From the NCBI GenBank assembly GCA_030606485.1, contig JAUWGH010000001.1, positions 180,001-212,000 on the forward strand: a DNA stretch of 32,000 nt. The letters are read 5' to 3'. The stretch is from Promethearchaeota archaeon. GTDB lineage: Archaea > Asgardarchaeota > Lokiarchaeia > Sigyniarchaeales > SOKP01. A program made the translations under genes and the position numbers. This document shows, piece by piece, positions 25,459 through 32,000 of this stretch (positions within the stretch are counted from its first letter, which is position 1; every line of letters begins with the position of its first letter). The notes below the pieces were generated by a model that worked only from the letters and a program-made list of their open reading frames with translations, was not told the DNA's origin and searched no databases.

Positions 25459-26088
25459 TTAATCAATATAAATCCAGTCTTTCTCTTTATTACGTATGAT
25501 TAATTTTTGTTTTTCTAATTTTTTTAATGCTTTATGCAAACTAGAATCTTTAATTTCTAAATATTCTTTTAACTCGTTAAAGGAACAATTTTCTTTATTT
25601 ATAAGAAAAGTTAGGATTTTAAACATGGTTTTGAGTTTTCCTCTGTTTAAAATCATATCTATCCTTATATTAACATCATGCTGGAATGTCTTTAATTGCA
25701 TCACATCATTAGCTAATTTACTTATCACTTCATCCCTTGTTTTAAAAACTGTAAAACTGATTTGAAAAAATTTGTTAATTTCTTTTTTTATCTCATCTTC
25801 TTCAAGAACTTTTAATCTTTCATCAATCTCATGTAATAATTGAATAAAATCTTGTCCTTCTTCATATTTATCGAGTTTAAACACAATAATGATTTCTTTT
25901 TCATCGTTATAAAATGAAACTGAATTCCATTCTGCTTCCTCTGTGATCATATAAGATGGAGTGAAATTGTGGCTTATTTGAATTTGCTGCACAATATTTT
26001 CAGGAACTTCCATGTCCTCTGGGATTTTTAAAGAAACGATCCCACCTTTCAACTGATCCCACTTAATTAGAAAGATTCCTTGAGGCAA
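25459..26088 (-). CDS. NPRL2/uDENN (longin)-like domain + coiled coil + winged-helix protein
   Basis: MPQGIFLIKWDQLKGGIVSLKIPED resembles the N-terminus of the 4069 protein. C-terminal KILTFL...SFNELKEYLEIKDSSLHKALKKLEKQKLI is a wHTH pattern. Confidence 0.68.
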   Translation of the reverse strand: MPQGIFLIKWDQLKGGIVSLKIPEDMEVPENIVQQIQISHNFTPSYMITEEAEWNSVSFYNDEKEIIIVFKLDKYEEGQDFIQLLHEIDERLKVLEEDEIKKEINKFFQISFTVFKTRDEVISKLANDVMQLKTFQHDVNIRIDMILNRGKLKTMFKILTFLINKENCSFNELKEYLEIKDSSLHKALKKLEKQKLIIRNKEKDWIYID

Positions 26089-26185
26089 TTTTTTTTTCTC
26101 CTCTCTATCAATGTTAAAAAATTAATCTCTAATCTATCAATATATATTTTAAATTAAAATATATACATATAACATTTAGATGATG

Positions 26186-27091
26186 TTATTTATCAATTTC
26201 TAATCTATAGAATTTTATTGCATTTTTAATGGTTTTTTCACTTACTATTTTCTGAGAAGTATTATGTGAATAGGCCAAAGCAGCAATAGTATACCTTACA
26301 TTTGAGGGTACATTGACTGGACCTCGTAAATATGGATGTTGATAATAACTATCAGTTTCCGTAACTAAAGATTTTAATGGAACATTTTTAGTAGCATTAC
26401 GCCACCTTTTATTACTATAAGCTGAGCTTGGAACTGATAATATATATCCTTTATGTCCTAATAGAAGTCCATAATTATCTGGTCCTGAAAAACAATGCCA
26501 CATAACATTTTCTGACTTAATATTAAATTCTTTAAGTATATTTAATATCTCTTTATTAGCCCCATCTTTCTGATTATATCGATGTTTTGGATTCTGTCTA
26601 TCAAACTCATGTACTGCAGCATTTCGCACATGTAAAACATAAGGTTTATCGAAATCAATAGTAAGTTCAAAAATTTTTCGTAATTCTTCAATTTGCCTGT
26701 TTCTTTTTTCTGTCATTTTTGCATGATGGAAATCTAAACCAATTTCCCCGATGGCTTTGAATTGCTCTGGATTATTCTTAACATATTTCACCCATTCTTT
26801 CCATTCTCTTTCATATTTATCTTTTGGCGTGTAAGTAACGGTTTGAGGCGCCCAACCACACGTAAAACCAATATTTTCTTTATTTTTTATAAAATTTAAA
26901 ATTAATTTAAGAGTGACAATATCAATAGAGCACGTAATTAAATATTTTCCGCCCATTTCAAAAAAATCTTTATATTGCTTCTCATCTGATGGCAATTTAT
27001 CATTTTTAGGTCGTGGAAATGGGAGATGACAATGAGCATCTATAAATTCTAATTCTTTTTCAGGTTCTGGAATCTTTATAGGTTTGGACAT
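26186..27091 (-). CDS. tatD: TatD family hydrolase/nuclease
   Basis: IDAHCHL, GEIGLD, LHVR, WHCFSG and ETDS motifs. Confidence 0.93.
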   Translation of the reverse strand: MSKPIKIPEPEKELEFIDAHCHLPFPRPKNDKLPSDEKQYKDFFEMGGKYLITCSIDIVTLKLILNFIKNKENIGFTCGWAPQTVTYTPKDKYEREWKEWVKYVKNNPEQFKAIGEIGLDFHHAKMTEKRNRQIEELRKIFELTIDFDKPYVLHVRNAAVHEFDRQNPKHRYNQKDGANKEILNILKEFNIKSENVMWHCFSGPDNYGLLLGHKGYILSVPSSAYSNKRWRNATKNVPLKSLVTETDSYYQHPYLRGPVNVPSNVRYTIAALAYSHNTSQKIVSEKTIKNAIKFYRLEIDK

Positions 27092-27229
27092 ATTTTTCCA
27101 AAAAAATCTTGTTAATTATTATAATTTGAAAATTTTTACTTCGTTTTAATTTTTGTTTTTAAAAATGATAATTACCAATCAATAAAAATATAAATTAATT
27201 TGATAATACATTAAATTAGGTAATTATTA

Positions 27230-27493
27230 ATGTCAATTTACTATGTATACATCATAGAATGCATTGATTCAAAAGGACGACATCAGTATTATACCGGTTA
27301 TACTAATAATTTGCATAGGAGATTTTTAGAACATCAAAATGGAAAGGGCGCAAAATTTTGTCGTAACAAAAAATTAACTTTAAAGTATATAGAAACTTAT
27401 CCGAAACAAATTGAAGCAATGAGAAGAGAAAGAGAAATTAAATCTTTACATAAGAAAGAAAAAATAGAATTAATAAAAACTAAACAATTGTAA
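27230..27493 (+). CDS. Small GIY-YIG nuclease family protein (UPF0213-like)
   Basis: YYVYI...YYTGYTNNLHRRF.EH..GKGAKF...AMRREREIK. Confidence 0.92.
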   Translation: MSIYYVYIIECIDSKGRHQYYTGYTNNLHRRFLEHQNGKGAKFCRNKKLTLKYIETYPKQIEAMRREREIKSLHKKEKIELIKTKQL

Positions 27494-27503
27494 GTGCTAA
27501 TTT

Positions 27504-28322
27504 TTGGATAATCCCAGTTTTTTGATCGCATTAGTTGGTCTTCCAGCTTCAGGTAAATCCACATTAGCAAACGCGATTAAAAAGAAAATGATACAAAAAT
27601 TTAAAGTAAACGAAGATCACATATCGATTATTGATCCTGATTTAATTAGAAGCATAATAACTAAAAATAGCGTGGAATTTGATTATACTATAGAACCAAA
27701 AATTCGAAAGAAAAATTTAGAAAAGGTAAGAAAAGAACTTGAGCAAAAAAAAATTGTTATCAGTGATGACTTAAATTACTATCGCAGTATGCGCCATGAT
27801 TTAAAATTAATTGCTAACAATTTAAAAATACGCTTTTTTATAGTGCATTTAAGTACTCCATTAAAAACTTGTTTAGAATGGAATAAAAAAAGAGGTTCTA
27901 TAATTCCAGATGAAGTTATCTATAAAATCCAAGAAAAAATTGATAAATTTGACCGCTATAATTGGGATTTTCCAATCTATTCTGTCGATTTAAATATCTC
28001 AAAAAATTTAGATGAAATTTCCGATGAAATTTTGAATATCATTGAAATTAACCTTAATTTATTAGAAGAAAGTTTTCAAAGGTTAAAAATAAAAAAGGTT
28101 GGTGAGAAAATAGAAAATAAAAAGCGAGAACTCGATATATTTACTCGAAAAATGGTTTCAAAAATGTTAAAAGAACAAAGAATTCAATCTAATGGAAAAA
28201 AAATTAGTAATTTCAGAAAGCAATTTATCAATAAAAATGTTAATTCTGATTTAAGCGTTAGCGAACTCGTTAATAAATTTGAAAAACTCATAAGAAATAA
28301 ACTAGAAAAATTGATAAAATAA
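27504..28322 (+). CDS. pstK: O-phosphoseryl-tRNA(Sec) kinase / KTI12-like P-loop kinase
   Basis: GLPASGKST P-loop, VISDDLNYYRSMR, WNKKR, WDFP and a C-terminal helical domain. Confidence 0.72.
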   Translation: MDNPSFLIALVGLPASGKSTLANAIKKKMIQKFKVNEDHISIIDPDLIRSIITKNSVEFDYTIEPKIRKKNLEKVRKELEQKKIVISDDLNYYRSMRHDLKLIANNLKIRFFIVHLSTPLKTCLEWNKKRGSIIPDEVIYKIQEKIDKFDRYNWDFPIYSVDLNISKNLDEISDEILNIIEINLNLLEESFQRLKIKKVGEKIENKKRELDIFTRKMVSKMLKEQRIQSNGKKISNFRKQFINKNVNSDLSVSELVNKFEKLIRNKLEKLIK

Positions 28323-28443
28323 AGTAGAAAAAATTTTATTCTATCATTGTATTTTATTCTTAAAATTAAGAGAATTTTAAAAATATTAATTTATATCTCT
28401 TTATTTTGAAGGATTATTTTACATCAATAAGGGATTCTATAAA

Positions 28444-30723
28444 ATGTCGGAATTTTTGACTAAAGCTTCTTTAAGAATAGAGAAATTAGAACCAGAGAGA
28501 AGTGGTAGGAGTTTGTGCTATATAGATAGTGATATCATTGAGAAAATGGGATTATCCAATGGTGATATTATAGAAATTTTTGGAAAGAAAAAAACTGCAG
28601 GACTTGTAGTTGCTTCGAGAGAAGATAGAGGTAAGGGAACAATCAAAATAGATGGGTTAATTCGACTTAATTCTGGTGCTACAATTGGTGAAACTGTTTC
28701 AATCAAAAAAGCAGAAGTTGATGAAGCAAGAGAAGTTGTCTTGACTCCAACCCGGCCGGATATTGATTTGAAAAGACAAGCTAAATCAATTAAATCCAAA
28801 TTACTTCAGAAGCCTATTGTTATTGGAGATATCATCAGTATTATGGGAGCTATAATGCAATCCAGTGATCCAGACGATCCAATGAGGGAATTTGCTAAGA
28901 TGTTTCCATTTATGAAAGGCTCTATGAGAAGTAAAGGAACTCTTGGGACATTAAGGTTAATTGTTGATAATACTGCACCTTCCGGAAAAGTAGTAATAAT
29001 TTCACAAAATACAAGGATTAGAATAAATAAAAGAGTTGCGTTATTAAATGTTTCGGGAGATATTGTTACCTATGACGACATTGGTGGGTTAACCGAAGAA
29101 ATCCAAAAAGTTAGAGAAATGGTTGAACTTCCTTTAAAACACCCCGAACTTTTTCACAGATTAAATATTGATCCACCTAAAGGTGTATTACTATATGGCC
29201 CATCTGGTACCGGCAAAACCCTTATGGCAAAAGCTGTTTCTCAAGAATCGACTGCTCATTTTATCCATATAAATGGACCAGAGATAATGAGCAAATTTTA
29301 CGGTGCTTCTGAAGGTAGATTACGAAATATTTTTAGAGAAGCCGAAGAAAAAGCTCCATCTATAATTTTTATTGATGAAATCGATTCTATTGCACCAAAA
29401 CGTAGTGAAGCTATGGGTGAAGTCGAAAGAAGAGTTGTTTCTCAATTATTATCCTTATTAGATGGCCTTACAAGTAGAGGTGAAGTGATATGCATTGGTG
29501 CAACTAATAGAATCAATAGTATAGATGAAGCTCTTAGACGACCAGGTCGATTTGACAGAGAAATAGAATTCAAAGTCCCAGATAGTAAGGGGAGAAAAGA
29601 AATCTTACAGATTCACACAAGAGGCATGCCCTTAGAAAATGATATAAGACTTGATTACTACTCTGAAATCACTTACGGTTTTGTTGGAGCTGATATTATG
29701 GCCGTATGTAGAGAAGCGGCAATGTATTCATTACGTAGAATATTACCTAAAATAAATCTTGATGAGCCTATACCTCCTGAAATTATTCAAGAATTAATAA
29801 TTAAAGATGAAGACTTTGTTCGGGCGATTAATTCAATCGAACCGAGTGCAATGAGAGAAATTATGATAGAAGTTCCCAATGTACAATGGGAAGATGTTGG
29901 AGGTTTAGAGGACATCAAACAAGAATTAATAGAAGCTATTGAATGGCCTTTGAATTTCCCAGAATTATTTAAAAAAGCTGGCATTAGAACTATAAATGGG
30001 GTTTTGCTTTTTGGTCCGCCCGGATGTGGGAAAACTTTACTGGCAAAAGCAGTTGCTACTGAGAGTAAATGTAATTTTATTTCAATTAAAGGTCCGGAGG
30101 TCTTTTCAAAGTGGGTTGGAGAAAGTGAAAAAACAATTCGAGAAATCTTTAGAAAAGCACGTCTAGCATCACCTTCAATTGTCTATTTTGATGAGATTGA
30201 TGCCATAACTTCTGGAAGGGGTGGTTTTGAAGGATCTCATGTATTTGAATCCATCGTCAACCAAATTTTAGTTGAAATGGATGGCCTTGAAAAAAGAGAA
30301 GGAATTGTAGTGATTGCCAGCACAAATCGGCCTGATATGGTAGACCCTGCATTATTAAGACCAGGCAGGTTCGATCGTCTATTATATTGCCATGCTCCGG
30401 ATAGAGAAAGTCGATTAAAAATTCTAGAAGTTCATACTAAAAATATGCCTTTAGCAGATGATGTTTCCCTGGAAAAAATGACCGATCAAACAGAAGGATA
30501 TAGTGGAGCTGATCTTGAAAATTTAGTTAGGGAAGCAGGTATGCAAGCTATACGAGAAAAAAAAGAAGATTTCGATATAGTTGAGCGGCGCCATTTCGAA
30601 TTTGCGATCACTAAAGTTAAATCTTCATTATCACAAGATTTTATTGAAAAATACGATAAAATAGCAAACCGAATTACAAGCTCCAGAAATATCAAAGAAG
30701 CTCAAATCGATTTTTATAAATAG
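28444..30723 (+). CDS. cdc48: Cdc48/VCP AAA+ ATPase
   Basis: N domain ([12 protein letters not shown]), D1 [23 protein letters not shown]2 [21 protein letters not shown]. Confidence 0.98.
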   Translation: MSEFLTKASLRIEKLEPERSGRSLCYIDSDIIEKMGLSNGDIIEIFGKKKTAGLVVASREDRGKGTIKIDGLIRLNSGATIGETVSIKKAEVDEAREVVLTPTRPDIDLKRQAKSIKSKLLQKPIVIGDIISIMGAIMQSSDPDDPMREFAKMFPFMKGSMRSKGTLGTLRLIVDNTAPSGKVVIISQNTRIRINKRVALLNVSGDIVTYDDIGGLTEEIQKVREMVELPLKHPELFHRLNIDPPKGVLLYGPSGTGKTLMAKAVSQESTAHFIHINGPEIMSKFYGASEGRLRNIFREAEEKAPSIIFIDEIDSIAPKRSEAMGEVERRVVSQLLSLLDGLTSRGEVICIGATNRINSIDEALRRPGRFDREIEFKVPDSKGRKEILQIHTRGMPLENDIRLDYYSEITYGFVGADIMAVCREAAMYSLRRILPKINLDEPIPPEIIQELIIKDEDFVRAINSIEPSAMREIMIEVPNVQWEDVGGLEDIKQELIEAIEWPLNFPELFKKAGIRTINGVLLFGPPGCGKTLLAKAVATESKCNFISIKGPEVFSKWVGESEKTIREIFRKARLASPSIVYFDEIDAITSGRGGFEGSHVFESIVNQILVEMDGLEKREGIVVIASTNRPDMVDPALLRPGRFDRLLYCHAPDRESRLKILEVHTKNMPLADDVSLEKMTDQTEGYSGADLENLVREAGMQAIREKKEDFDIVERRHFEFAITKVKSSLSQDFIEKYDKIANRITSSRNIKEAQIDFYK

Positions 30724-30754
30724 ATTTAATTGATTGTGAGTATTATTTTTTTAC

Positions 30755-31993
30755 ATGTTTGACTATTTAATTAGTGATGATTATAAAAAATTAAGGGATA
30801 AAGTTCGGGCTTTTGTCAGAAATGAAGTCCCGCATTCATTGCTAAAACAAATGGATAGAGATGAGGTAATATATCCCAAAGAATATGTTCAAAATTTAGC
30901 TAAACACGGTCTTTTAGGCTTAAGATTCGATAAAAAATATGGCGGTCAAGGATTAAATTGGGAGGCTGAAGTCTTAGCACTTGAGGAAATTGGGGTTTTG
31001 GGAGGATCACTCGGATGTTTATTTGCCTTAGTTTCGATTTGCGGTGAAGCAATTCATATTTTTGGTACCGAAGAGCAAAAAATGAAATATCTAAAGCCAA
31101 CTTTAGAAGGTAAGATTTTCAACGCGGAAGCTCTGACCGAACCCCGAGGAGGCAGCGATTTTTTCGGCGCTACATGCACAGCAGAAAAAAAAGGAGATAA
31201 ATATATTTTAAATGGAGAAAAAAGATTTGTTGTAGGAGCTGAAGGGGCAGATTACTTTTTAGTATATGCGAAAACAAATCCCGAAAAACCACCTCGTGAA
31301 TCTTTAAGTCTTTTTATTGTTGATCGAACAGAAGGTGTTAAAGCTAAATATCTATATGGTTTATTGGGAACAAGAGGGGGAGGTGCAGGAAGATTAGTGT
31401 TCAAGGATGTTGAAGTTCCAGAAGAAAATTTAATTCTCGCTGAAGGTGCAGGAGGCAAAATCTTTTATCAAATGATGATCCCAGAACGATTAACAAGCGC
31501 TGCAGCAGCATTGGGTACTGCAAGAGCCTGTCTTCGGATTGCAACCAAATACAGCACAAAAAGAAAAGCCTTTGGTAAAGTTATTAAAAGATTTGAAGCA
31601 GTAAGTTTTAATATCGCAGAATCTATTACCCTATTAGATGCTGCTAGAGCCTTAACATTAAACACTGCAAGAGCAATTGATAATAACGCACCTCCGAGTG
31701 TTCAAAGAAGATTAGTCTCAGAATCCAAAAAATTTGCAACAGAATCTTGTTGGAAAATAGTTAATAATGCTATGCAAGTAATGGGAGGTATAGGTTACAC
31801 CACAGTCTATCCAATCGAACGACTACTTAGGGATACCCGACTTTGCATGATATGGACAGGAACCAGCGAGATAATGTCCTTAATTATCCAGCATGAGTAT
31901 TATAATGAAGTTCTATCGGAAAAATGGCTAGGACGAGACGTTGAACAAGACGCATTAGATTCCGATGCTGTAGAAGAAAAACATTATGGCTAA
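30755..31993 (+). CDS. Acyl-CoA dehydrogenase
   Basis: [45 protein letters not shown]. Confidence 0.96.
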   Translation: MFDYLISDDYKKLRDKVRAFVRNEVPHSLLKQMDRDEVIYPKEYVQNLAKHGLLGLRFDKKYGGQGLNWEAEVLALEEIGVLGGSLGCLFALVSICGEAIHIFGTEEQKMKYLKPTLEGKIFNAEALTEPRGGSDFFGATCTAEKKGDKYILNGEKRFVVGAEGADYFLVYAKTNPEKPPRESLSLFIVDRTEGVKAKYLYGLLGTRGGGAGRLVFKDVEVPEENLILAEGAGGKIFYQMMIPERLTSAAAALGTARACLRIATKYSTKRKAFGKVIKRFEAVSFNIAESITLLDAARALTLNTARAIDNNAPPSVQRRLVSESKKFATESCWKIVNNAMQVMGGIGYTTVYPIERLLRDTRLCMIWTGTSEIMSLIIQHEYYNEVLSEKWLGRDVEQDALDSDAVEEKHYG

Positions 31994-32000
31994 ATAAATA

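Noticed and set aside
28518-31665. Antisense and alternate-frame ORFs inside cdc48 and the acyl-CoA dehydrogenase gene
   Set aside because: They are fully nested in highly conserved genes and show no recognisable motifs.
1-32000. tRNA, rRNA, prophage or defence island
   Set aside because: I saw no cloverleaf or long GC-rich structural RNA in the intergenic gaps, and no viral hallmark or clustered defence genes. A tRNAscan-SE/Infernal run would be needed to exclude small RNAs.

Overview
Very AT-rich, gene-dense archaeal window. The gene content points to an Asgard archaeon, most likely Lokiarchaeia; this is inferred from two Rab-like GTPases, two V4R proteins, three longin/uDENN-like proteins, TBP, a PSTK-like kinase and Cdc48. 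In order, it holds: a 5'-truncated single-pass surface protein (DUF2341-like end, LamG, Ig-like stalk, cytoplasmic 14-aa repeats) translationally coupled to an NPRL2/uDENN-like protein; a divergent TGT-fold gene back-to-back with a form IV RuBisCO-like protein; a small non-coding relative of a TnpB element; a sulfatase; a 54-aa RGG/Cys-rich protein missed by the ORF track; V4R-argS-agmatinase-deoxyhypusine synthase; a longin; a methyltransferase; a zinc-ribbon membrane protein; a TnpB-only element with a rearranged RuvC site; a Rab-thioredoxin-V4R-Rab cluster; TBP; acylphosphatase; a DegT aminotransferase; a HEAT-repeat protein; a second NPRL2-like protein; TatD; GIY-YIG; PSTK; Cdc48; and an acyl-CoA dehydrogenase. 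The best leads are (1) the receptor-like surface protein/NPRL2-like pair with tandem YxxV motifs, (2) the stand-alone omegaRNA-like module with a covarying hairpin, (3) the GTPase-Trx-V4R-GTPase module and (4) the TGT variant with a rewired base pocket beside the RLP. I recognised no rRNA, tRNA or CRISPR array. All family calls come from motif recognition by eye; no searches were run.
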